Assembly (NCBI GenBank): GCA_032117235.1
Contig: JAULZW010000012.1
Coordinates: forward strand, 3,230 to 67,229
Length of the DNA: 64,000 nt
DNA from: Minisyncoccota bacterium
GTDB lineage: Bacteria > Patescibacteriota > Minisyncoccia > SW-4-49-11
Direction: 5' to 3'
A program made the translations under genes and the position numbers. Positions 31,995 to 39,881 of the stretch are shown here, piece by piece. The notes under the pieces are model-generated. The model saw nothing but the letters and a program-made list of their open reading frames with translations. It was not told where the DNA came from and made no database searches. The stretch's first letter is position 1, and each line of letters opens with the position of its first letter.

Positions 31995-32547
31995 TATGTA
32001 ATTCTACTTTTCTATTGTCCTCAGCAAATTTTAAGATAATATCTTTCGCCTTATAGGGATATGGGATATTATCAAAGAATAATATCCTCTGATCCGCTCC
32101 AGCGGTCTGTATTCGCACATCTCCAAAGTTTAAAATACTAGCAAAAAATCCTTTTGCCACTACTTCTATATCTTGGACATTTCCAATATCTGCCTCGGAG
32201 ACTTTGCGATTAAAAAAATCAATTTGATCAATAGTCAAGACTCTCTGATTAGTTACAATATAAGCATCAAGATAATAATGTGTCCAAGTCAAAAAAGCAG
32301 TATATAAAATAAAGATAATAATCAAAGTTATAATAAAATCAAAAATTGATACTATAAAAGGGTCTTGTAATATGGCTATATTATTAGGTAAAATATTAGA
32401 TGAAATTAATAATATGACTAAAAGAATTAGATTTAGTATATATGGAACTATTAAGAAAAAAATTGACCTTCTAAATACAATCTTTACTTCTTCATCTTTA
32501 TGTTGACCTGGAAAATGTAGATGTTTACCTGTAATTCTATCCAGCAT
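31915..32547 (-). CDS. Membrane protein with bacterial PH domain (bPH_2/YdbT-like)
   Basis: Two N-terminal TM helices, then AYIVTNQRVLTIDQIDFFNRKVSEADIGNVQDIEV, typical of bPH_2. Confidence 0.45.
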   Translation of the reverse strand: MLDRITGKHLHFPGQHKDEEVKIVFRRSIFFLIVPYILNLILLVILLISSNILPNNIAILQDPFIVSIFDFIITLIIIFILYTAFLTWTHYYLDAYIVTNQRVLTIDQIDFFNRKVSEADIGNVQDIEVVAKGFFASILNFGDVRIQTAGADQRILFFDNIPYPYKAKDIILKFAEDNRKVELHNAYTYDPTKTDPNSKSQDNNNNTQNS

Positions 32548-32551
32548 ATTT

Positions 32552-32758
32552 TTAATTAGTTAAATTCAAAATAGTTTGTAAATTCGTATACAGTAAAATC
32601 AATAATAATACACTACCTACAATGTAAGCAATGGTAGACACTAACCCTACTTTAGTATTTATCCCAAAAGCAAAAATATGATAAATCATAACTGAACTAC
32701 CTATAATATAGGCTAAAAGTATAATTATATATGTAATAACAAATAATTGATTAGACAT
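32552..32758 (-). CDS. Small two-TM membrane protein
   Basis: 68 aa, hydrophobic, tightly spaced between neighbouring genes. Confidence 0.3.
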   Translation of the reverse strand: MSNQLFVITYIIILLAYIIGSSVMIYHIFAFGINTKVGLVSTIAYIVGSVLLLILLYTNLQTILNLTN

Positions 32759-32769
32759 AAATTTTTAAA

Positions 32770-33768
32770 TTAGAGGTTTTTAGGTGGTAATTTACCAAAA
32801 TACTCATAACACAAGCTAGTCACCATTCTACCTTTGGGAGTTCTTTGTAAAAGTCCCTGTCGCATCAAAAATGGCTCATAAATTTCCTCTATAGTCACAG
32901 TCTCCTCCGAAGTGGAAGCTGCCAAAGTAGACAATCCTACTGGACCACCATTAAAGATATTCATAATAGTCTCAAGAATTTTTCTATCCCCTGCCTCAAG
33001 GCCTTTATCATCTACATCCAGCAGGTCAAAAGTCTCTTTAATAACTTTATCATCAATCACTCCGTCATTATGAACTTCCGCAAAATCTCGTACTCGCTTT
33101 AATAATCTATTGGCTACTCTGGGAGTATGGCGACTTCTAGTAGCAATATGCTGATAAACCTCTGGAGAGTCCGCTTTGACCGACAAGATATTACTAGACC
33201 GCTTCAAAATATCTATAATATGGTCCTGATTATAAAAGTCAAAACTATAAATATTCCCAAAACGACTACGGAATGGCCCAGATAATGAGCCGAATTTAGT
33301 AGTAGCTCCAATCAGAGTAAATTTTGGCAAATCAAGTCTCAAAGTTCGAGCAGATGGCCCCTTACCCACAATAATATCCAAGACGAAATCCTCCATAGCT
33401 GAGTATAAAATCTCTTCTAAAGTCTTAGACAGACGATGAATTTCATCAATAAACAAAATATCCCCAGCCTCAATATTAGTTAGTATGGAAGCCAAGTCTC
33501 CCGCCTTCTCAAGAGCCGGACCCGAAGTAACCTTCATATTAGACCCAAGATACTTGGCAATCAGATAAGCTAAACTAGTCTTACCAAGTCCAGGAGGACC
33601 ATAGAATAAAAGATGATCTAGAGCCTCCCCCCTTTTTTGAGCCGCTTGAATAGAGATAGAAAGATTTTTTTTAATTTGATCTTGCCCAATATACTCCTCA
33701 AAAGTCTGTGGCCGCAAACTCTGATCTATACTACTATCTTCTTGTATTTCTTTTGATGATGTAATCAT
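32770..33768 (-). CDS. ruvB: Holliday junction ATP-dependent DNA helicase RuvB
   Basis: LRPQTFEEYIGQDQIKKNL...LLFYGPPGLGKTSLA, plus sensor and winged-helix regions. Confidence 0.9.
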   Translation of the reverse strand: MITSSKEIQEDSSIDQSLRPQTFEEYIGQDQIKKNLSISIQAAQKRGEALDHLLFYGPPGLGKTSLAYLIAKYLGSNMKVTSGPALEKAGDLASILTNIEAGDILFIDEIHRLSKTLEEILYSAMEDFVLDIIVGKGPSARTLRLDLPKFTLIGATTKFGSLSGPFRSRFGNIYSFDFYNQDHIIDILKRSSNILSVKADSPEVYQHIATRSRHTPRVANRLLKRVRDFAEVHNDGVIDDKVIKETFDLLDVDDKGLEAGDRKILETIMNIFNGGPVGLSTLAASTSEETVTIEEIYEPFLMRQGLLQRTPKGRMVTSLCYEYFGKLPPKNL

Positions 33769-33854
33769 AGATTACGATAATTATATAATATAATTATATC
33801 ATATTTTGAGGGGTTTGTATATAGTTTGGATAAGATAAGAGTGGGCTAAGATTT

Positions 33855-35078
33855 TTATTCATAAAATATAATTTCTCTTGTCCCGAAATTATATGCATTA
33901 AATACAATGTCCCATTCTTTAATAATATCATCAAGCTTTACTTCTTCTCTTGACTTATTATCATATAATGATTGTACATAATATTTTACATTATCATTTA
34001 AACTACATCCTTCATTAGCTAATCTGTATAGAACTGACTTATTGTCAGGTGAAAAACTAATAGGAGTCATAGGTTCTTCTGGGTTTCCTTTAAATGAAGC
34101 TATTTCTTTACCTGATAATGTCTCTAATACACTATATGAGTTTGGCAGTACGGTAGTATCATCTTCCCCATAACATGTTGGGAACCCTCTTGTAGTAAAT
34201 GTTTTAGGCTTAGTAAATAATGTATTATCAGTGTTGAATAAATCTATTCTTTCTGAAAGTAAAGAAAATTTTTGATTTGGAAAGGCTGATATTGTTTTAT
34301 TATCTTTATTAAATATATAGAACTCTTGTCTGAAGGAAGGGTTTTTTGTCGTAGTTTCTAAAGAATAACTTAATAAAATCTTATTTTCAGGCAACCACCT
34401 AGGATTGAATATTCCTGAGCGGGTTGTTACTGTTTTAATGATTTCATTTTTTTGACTTTCAATATTATACAAATAAAAATCATAATTTTTATCTCTATTA
34501 TTAGATTTGTATTTAGATCTTAGGAAAAATACTTCTTTAGAATTAGGAGAAAATATTGGATATTCTATATTAAAACCTGATTTAGATACAAGAATATCTC
34601 GAGTTTCTTTAGTCTCTATATTGAATAATTGTAATTTATCAGAACCTGAACCAGATCCATCATATGCATCTTCATACGAAATAAGTAAATTTTTTCTGTC
34701 TGGACTAAGGTCTACATTATAAGGTACAAATTGACCAACTAATGCATCTCTAAGCTCTAAGGTGGTCAAAAGTTCAGGATTAACATCATTAATAGTTCTT
34801 AAAACTTTTATATCCCAATTATCACCACTTTCATCAACTTTAACTTGCTCTGTATATATCTTTACTTTACTCTTTTCATTCTCCTCTACTGGCTCTGGTT
34901 CCACTACTTTTGGATCTGTATTAGCTGGTGCTGGGGATGGTGCTGGGGATGGCTCTATAACACTTACCTCAGCTATTGGCTCCTTGTTCATATCCCATAA
35001 TAGATACCCAAATACTGCTAAAATTACAAATATTATCCCGAAACCGATTATTGTTAATTTATCTTTTTCCCAATTCAT
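33855..35078 (-). CDS. Membrane-anchored, probably extracytoplasmic protein, paralogue A (beta-propeller-like C-terminal region)
   Basis: N-terminal MNWEKDKLTIIGFGIIFVILAVFGYLLWDMNKEPIAEVSV anchor, a Pro/Ala-rich linker, and a 330-aa divergent domain. Confidence 0.5.
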   Translation of the reverse strand: MNWEKDKLTIIGFGIIFVILAVFGYLLWDMNKEPIAEVSVIEPSPAPSPAPANTDPKVVEPEPVEENEKSKVKIYTEQVKVDESGDNWDIKVLRTINDVNPELLTTLELRDALVGQFVPYNVDLSPDRKNLLISYEDAYDGSGSGSDKLQLFNIETKETRDILVSKSGFNIEYPIFSPNSKEVFFLRSKYKSNNRDKNYDFYLYNIESQKNEIIKTVTTRSGIFNPRWLPENKILLSYSLETTTKNPSFRQEFYIFNKDNKTISAFPNQKFSLLSERIDLFNTDNTLFTKPKTFTTRGFPTCYGEDDTTVLPNSYSVLETLSGKEIASFKGNPEEPMTPISFSPDNKSVLYRLANEGCSLNDNVKYYVQSLYDNKSREEVKLDDIIKEWDIVFNAYNFGTREIIFYE

Positions 35079-35105
35079 AGTTTATGATTTAGTTTATTAT
35101 ATTTA

Positions 35106-36059
35106 CTACAAAACCTCTATTGTACTGAGAATGGTGTACATTATATTAGTGGCTTTCATCTCTTCATTTTCTGGATATGCAGATTGTGTGATAATTGCAA
35201 ACTTATCATTACCTAAATCAATTACAAATACTAGCTGATTATCAAATTCAATTTCTGGATCATCCATATTGTTTTCAGAATAATCTTGAGACCCAATAGC
35301 AATAGGATATTTAATCAATTGAGATGCCTTGTCTGTACTAATAAATGGATTCTTATATTGTAAAATTTCTTTTCCACTAACTCTTAAATTAATAATATCT
35401 ACTATTTTTTGAGATTCTCTACCTTTCGATGAAGAATTATATGCTATAAACTTTTCATCTGTACTACATTTCTCATCTAGAGTATATGGTGTCATACCTT
35501 CAGTCGGTATTATTGTATAGTTACACGTTTGATTTAATAATATATTTTCTATATCACTTAAATTTAACTCGGAAGTTTCCACAATATCAATATTTATTCT
35601 ACCTCGTGCTGGATCATAAGGCCCACCCCCACAATTAATACAATCATTAATACTTATCTTATCATACCCCTTTCCCAGTCTTTCTTTATTGTCTACTCCA
35701 AACATTAATCCGCCTATATCATATTTACCTAAATCGAAATGAGGGTCTAAAAATGATGAGTCTCCACTTCTATTATCTAAATCTTTATTCATTACCTTAT
35801 ACCTGATACCCACATCTCCCAATTTAGTCTCTCGGTATTCCCAACCTGTTGTATCTACTTTTGTAATAGGATATTCTGGTAAATCTTTTTTCTCTACTGG
35901 TTTTGGTATAACTGGAGATAGGGTTGGAGCTGGATCCGTCACACTTACCTCAGCTATCGGCTCTCGGTTCATATCCCATAATAGATACCCGAATACTCCC
36001 AAGATTACAAATATTATCCCGAATCCGATTATTGTTAATTTATCTTTTTGCCAATTCAT
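35106..36059 (-). CDS. Membrane-anchored, probably extracytoplasmic protein, paralogue B
   Basis: Its N-terminal 45 aa are nearly identical to paralogue A (about 90% nucleotide identity over about 140 nt). The C-terminal domain is unrelated. Confidence 0.5.
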   Translation of the reverse strand: MNWQKDKLTIIGFGIIFVILGVFGYLLWDMNREPIAEVSVTDPAPTLSPVIPKPVEKKDLPEYPITKVDTTGWEYRETKLGDVGIRYKVMNKDLDNRSGDSSFLDPHFDLGKYDIGGLMFGVDNKERLGKGYDKISINDCINCGGGPYDPARGRINIDIVETSELNLSDIENILLNQTCNYTIIPTEGMTPYTLDEKCSTDEKFIAYNSSSKGRESQKIVDIINLRVSGKEILQYKNPFISTDKASQLIKYPIAIGSQDYSENNMDDPEIEFDNQLVFVIDLGNDKFAIITQSAYPENEEMKATNIMYTILSTIEVL

Positions 36060-36097
36060 AATTTATGATTTAGTTATATTATATTTTCTCATCTTTA

Positions 36098-36125
36098 AGT
36101 ATACCCCCCCCCCCGATTTTGTCCA
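36098..36125 (-). promoter_or_regulatory. Candidate phase-variable promoter: -35 TGGACA, a 16-nt spacer containing G11, then -10 TATACT
   Basis: The minus strand reads cTGGACAaaatcGGGGGGGGGGGTATACTtaaag, about 40 nt upstream of the ATG at 36059. The homopolymer is C11 at plus 36104-36114. Confidence 0.45.
36104..36114. repeat. Homopolymeric C11/G11 tract
   Basis: Eleven consecutive C on the plus strand in an otherwise about 30% GC region. Confidence 0.9.
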
Positions 36126-36150
36126 GATTACTTATCCACAATTATAGCTT

Positions 36151-36978
36151 TTATTTTTTTAATTGTATCTCATATATTTGTGGCCAGAGTTTACCCGTTA
36201 TGAATACGGTATCGGTACTCGCTTTATAGGCAATACCATTTAACTCAGCTATATTGGGGTCTTTCTCTCGTGCTTGTGCGACGATATCGGACAAATCTAA
36301 TACCCCTAGTATTTCCCCATTATCAGGATTAATTTTGACAATTTTGTTGGTCTGATAAATATTGGCATATATGTAGCCAGCGACATATTCTAGCTCATTT
36401 AGATTATATTGAGGGCTATTCTGATACTTGACTGAGATTTGTCTTTTGGCTACAAAATCATTGAGATCAAGATAGGTTATTTTATCTGTGCCATCACTCA
36501 TAATTAGATTCTCTCCATCATTGGTCAATCCCCAACCTTCTCTACTCTCAAATTCAAAAGTCTGAATTTGCTCAAAAGTTTTAGCATCATAGACGAATCC
36601 TTTTTGATTCTTATAGGTGAGCTGATATATTTTATTATTGAGTATTGTACTCCCCTCTCCAAAATAGATATTACGGTCAAGTTCAGTTTTGATATCAATA
36701 TTACCTGTCTCTAAATCTAATGGACCTAGAATTGATTGTGTCTGTGGTAAATAGTCTGGCGAGCCAGTACTTTCATACAGTGTGTCTCCATAAAAAAATA
36801 ATCCCTGAGTATATGAATTAATATTATGAGGGTATTGATTAATTATCCTATATGAGAGAGATAGTATTTGGGGTGATTGATTATGGTTAAAGCTCCTATA
36901 GCTAATAATACCACCAAGTATACAAATACAAGATATAGCGATAAGAATAGCTATTCTTTTGTGATACCAATAAATCAT
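36151..36978 (-). CDS. Glutaminyl-peptide cyclotransferase (bacterial/plant beta-propeller type)
   Basis: N-terminal TM. YTQGLFFYGDTLYESTGSPDY and repeated propeller blades resemble PF05096. Confidence 0.5.
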   Translation of the reverse strand: MIYWYHKRIAILIAISCICILGGIISYRSFNHNQSPQILSLSYRIINQYPHNINSYTQGLFFYGDTLYESTGSPDYLPQTQSILGPLDLETGNIDIKTELDRNIYFGEGSTILNNKIYQLTYKNQKGFVYDAKTFEQIQTFEFESREGWGLTNDGENLIMSDGTDKITYLDLNDFVAKRQISVKYQNSPQYNLNELEYVAGYIYANIYQTNKIVKINPDNGEILGVLDLSDIVAQAREKDPNIAELNGIAYKASTDTVFITGKLWPQIYEIQLKK

Positions 36979-36982
36979 ATAC

Positions 36983-37528
36983 TTACTTTTCTAATTTCTT
37001 GAGAATAGTTTGTAATAATTCTAATTGTTGAGTCTGAATAGTATAAAGACTTTTAATTTGCTCATCAAATAATAAGTCGATTTTTTGGTGAAGTCCCCTT
37101 ACCTCAATTTCTGCTTTGAGATTAACAAGATAATCATTTTCTGCTCTTTGCCTATCTTTTTCTTCTTTGCGATTTTGACTCATCATAATAATAGGAGCTT
37201 GGAGAGCTGCAATACACGATAATACCAAATTCATCAGGATAAATGGATAAGGGTCAAATCTAAATACTCCCGTCATTACAATATTAAATATAATCCAGAT
37301 GGCAAGTAAGGTTAAAAAAGTAATAATAAATTTCCAACTACCTCCAAATTGAGCAACTTTATCAGATAAAGATTGACCACGGGTAAGTGTCTTTGTCGGT
37401 GGATTAAGAAGATGTTTGAGAATAAGTCTCTCCTCTTTAATACTATCTTCTACAATAGCATTAAGATCTTGTAAGTATTTTTTTTGCTCTTTTACAATTG
37501 CATTTATTTGTTTTTGATCTGGGCTCAT
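36983..37528 (-). CDS. DUF1003 membrane protein
   Basis: DPYPFILMNLVLSCIAALQAPIIMMSQNRKEEKDRQRAENDYLVNLKAEIE matches the DUF1003 consensus. Confidence 0.6.
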   Translation of the reverse strand: MSPDQKQINAIVKEQKKYLQDLNAIVEDSIKEERLILKHLLNPPTKTLTRGQSLSDKVAQFGGSWKFIITFLTLLAIWIIFNIVMTGVFRFDPYPFILMNLVLSCIAALQAPIIMMSQNRKEEKDRQRAENDYLVNLKAEIEVRGLHQKIDLLFDEQIKSLYTIQTQQLELLQTILKKLEK

Positions 37529-37547
37529 ATAATTTTTTATTAGTTAA

Positions 37548-37593
37548 ATTTATCATTCTCTAGCTTCGCTGCTCGAATGCAGGGACTCGGTCA
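37548..37593. repeat. 42-nt direct repeat, copy A (partial tRNA-Gln 3' end plus 25 nt of downstream flank)
   Basis: tttatcattctctAgcttcgctgCtcgaatgcagggactcg. It differs by 2 mismatches from 37713-37754. Confidence 0.8.
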
Positions 37594-37735
37594 CAAGTAA
37601 TTTACCTGACGGTAAATTCTCGCTACCCCGTCTCGCCGTGTTCGCCTTGCGCATAGCACAAACTCACACATGGCTCCGACTTTCTCGTCCTGACTAAAGC
37701 CAATAAATTGGCTTTATCATTCTCTCGCTTCGCTG

Positions 37736-37806
37736 TTCGAATGCAGGGACTCGAACCCCAATTGCTGGTGCCAGAAACCAGTGTCCTACCGTTAGACGAC
37801 ATTCGA
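37736..37806 (-). tRNA. tRNA-Gln (anticodon CUG)
   Basis: Manual fold. Acceptor TCGAATG/CATTCGA with U1-A72. D-stem GTCT/GGAC with a GG loop. Anticodon stem CTGGT/ACCAG with loop TTCTGGC (CUG). T-arm TGGGG-TTCGAGT-CCCTG. CCA is not encoded. Confidence 0.7.
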
Positions 37807-37843
37807 TTTACATTTTTTATTATATATTATATAAGACTATGTT

Positions 37844-38356
37844 TCAAGCTAAAGGTTTTTGTGTTTTAAAATTCCCCTCTTGAGGGGTGGAGTATTTTGC
37901 AACTTGAATTTTTGTCTCCCTTTGGAGGGAGTACCCGCAAGGGGGAGGGTGGATAAAGTTTAATCTATAAATCTTATGTAAGAATTTTAATCTAATTATG
38001 TTGTGCCACCTCCTCCACCTGTCTACCTTAGGTAGAAGGGAGGACAATATTATCAGATACCCAAGATAAAATAAGATATAAATATTATAATTCAAGCTAG
38101 CTTCCCCTCCTGATACATAAACTATACCATTTATTCTACTTAATTCTTTTGTTAAAATACTGTATAAAAACCAGCCTAAACCTATTTGAATAAGATAAAT
38201 GAAAGAGAATTTCCAATTTTTAATAAATTGATATAGGTATATTAGTGGCATAATAAATACTACACTAAAAAATAGTGAAAGTGCAAAAGTAAATGGTACT
38301 AAAGCTAATGCTATTATTAGAACTATAAGTTTTATATAAAATACTATTTTAAACAC
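37844..38356 (-). CDS. Polytopic membrane protein, hypothetical. Its C-terminal about 45 codons read through a GC-rich repeat
   Basis: 4-5 TM helices. The tail HPPPCGYSLQRETKIQ is encoded by the repeat at 37867-37965, so the true stop is uncertain. Confidence 0.3.
   Translation of the reverse strand: MFKIVFYIKLIVLIIALALVPFTFALSLFFSVVFIMPLIYLYQFIKNWKFSFIYLIQIGLGWFLYSILTKELSRINGIVYVSGGEASLNYNIYILFYLGYLIILSSLLPKVDRWRRWHNIIRLKFLHKIYRLNFIHPPPCGYSLQRETKIQVAKYSTPQEGNFKTQKPLA
37867..37965. repeat. GC-rich multi-hairpin repeat unit (family with copies at 41199, 41640 inverted, and 41847)
   Basis: aaaattcccctcttgaggggtgg ... ctccctttggagggag ... cccgcaaggggg ... gggtggataaag. GC-rich palindromes in an AT-rich background. 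Confidence 0.7.
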
Positions 38357-38360
38357 ATTA

Positions 38361-38762
38361 TTATTTAATCCTCAACATAAGTGACATAATAGATTTGAAA
38401 ATAATTGACATAAAAAATAATAAGAAGAATATAGGTTGTATATTATAATAAGTTGGATTTTGTATGTATCCGATCGCCTCCATAGATATAGTTGGTGGAT
38501 ACAGTATCCCAAGGATATATAGTCCAATAACTACCAAAAGCGCAGCTCCATAGAACCATATATACTTTTTGACCTTATATCCCTTAATTAAAAAATTGAT
38601 ATCTAAAAAAATTGCTATTAGTATATTAATTACAAATATAAGCCCAGTCACAAACCAGACCCCCATATTTATCACTTGACCAAATAAAGAAGAGTTTATC
38701 ATAATCTCTATCATTATTAGAGAAGTTATAATTAACATTATGTTGACTATTTTATACAGCAT
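38361..38762 (-). CDS. Polytopic membrane protein, hypothetical
   Basis: 133 aa with 4 hydrophobic helices. Confidence 0.3.
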   Translation of the reverse strand: MLYKIVNIMLIITSLIMIEIMINSSLFGQVINMGVWFVTGLIFVINILIAIFLDINFLIKGYKVKKYIWFYGAALLVVIGLYILGILYPPTISMEAIGYIQNPTYYNIQPIFFLLFFMSIIFKSIMSLMLRIK

Positions 38763-38774
38763 ATTCGTATAACA

Positions 38775-39881
38775 TTATAAAGCTTTATAAATATTTCCTG
38801 GATAAAAACACCCAAATTGAGCCTGAGGATTATAATCAGGATCATTATGAGATTCCCCCCAATTAGTTCCTTTGTTATAATTGTTATATAATGCAGTTGA
38901 GTATGCAGCACAGTTTCGAGAGCATACATGATAATTTTGATTCACATAATCACCTATATTATATCCTCTCATATACTTAATTTCTTCAAGTCTTTGCTTT
39001 GGAATGGCTGATGTCACCCTTCTATAACCTCCAAACTCTCCTCCCAAAAAATTGATATTAAGATCTCCATTCAACCAGTCACTGTGATGGTCTGTTTGTA
39101 AATATGCAAAACTACCATTATAATTTATTCTAGCATGCATATTATTAGTTTTTCCCATATCATTACTATTATTACTATCTCTAGTATTCCAAAAGCTAAA
39201 TGTATTAGTATTCCTCCAATAGTTGTTTGATTTCTCTAGTTTAGGAAGTGAAACAAAGGCATGACCAGTAAGATTGTCGCTTGTATATTGACTCATGGAT
39301 GCATGTAGTCTTATAAAATACTCAAATTTTCCAAAATCTTCTTCTCCTATTTGAAATTTTTGATTAGACCCTCCATTACATTGCCAGAGATGCAATGTAC
39401 TTCCTTGAGCTATACCTGCACTAGCATCAAGACAATAATTATGATTATTAAGTGGTTTTATCTCTCCAGTTGGAAAAGCAATCCATTTTTGAGCTTCAGT
39501 TCCATTACATGAATATAATTGTATTTTTGTACCATTTCTATATTCATTTCTATCTCTATCTAAACAAAAACTTTGATTATTAGCATATTTAATTTCACCA
39601 CTTTCATCTATAAATTTAAATTTCTGAGCATTACCTCCATTTGCTTGCCAGAGATGAAATCCATTTCCATTATATACACCATTACCCTTTAAGTCTATTC
39701 TAAGACCGATACTAGATCTTGGATATATAATTAAATCTGCTATAAAGTTATTAAGAGAACCTGCTTGCACTTCAGGCATAAGCATACTAATAGCTCTTTG
39801 TTTTAGCTCTTCTCTTTTCCAAATTTTATCTAGACCCAATTCTTTAATTTGTTTTCTCTCTTCTAAAATTTCATAATTCAT
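38775..39881 (-). CDS. Ricin-B (beta-trefoil) lectin domain protein with unknown C-terminal domain
   Basis: Three QxW-type repeats (HLWQANGGNAQKF, QLYSCNGTEAQKW, LHLWQCNGGSNQKF). No signal peptide. The C-terminal 170 aa are unassigned. Confidence 0.6.
   Translation of the reverse strand: MNYEILEERKQIKELGLDKIWKREELKQRAISMLMPEVQAGSLNNFIADLIIYPRSSIGLRIDLKGNGVYNGNGFHLWQANGGNAQKFKFIDESGEIKYANNQSFCLDRDRNEYRNGTKIQLYSCNGTEAQKWIAFPTGEIKPLNNHNYCLDASAGIAQGSTLHLWQCNGGSNQKFQIGEEDFGKFEYFIRLHASMSQYTSDNLTGHAFVSLPKLEKSNNYWRNTNTFSFWNTRDSNNSNDMGKTNNMHARINYNGSFAYLQTDHHSDWLNGDLNINFLGGEFGGYRRVTSAIPKQRLEEIKYMRGYNIGDYVNQNYHVCSRNCAAYSTALYNNYNKGTNWGESHNDPDYNPQAQFGCFYPGNIYKAL

Noticed and set aside
34507-35238. ORFs 34507-34722(+) and 34762-35238(+)
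   Set aside because: They are antisense to the tandem surface-protein genes.
37594-37711. GC-rich segment between the tRNA-Gln repeat copies, with slight resemblance to the RNase P RNA P4 region (gagaaagtcggagcc)
   Set aside because: It is only about 120 nt, far too short for RNase P RNA or tmRNA, and has no convincing conserved helices. It is treated as part of the repeat or scar.
38747-38929. 60-aa minus-strand ORF
   Set aside because: It overlaps the end of the lectin gene and the start of a membrane-protein gene in another frame. It is AT-rich low complexity.
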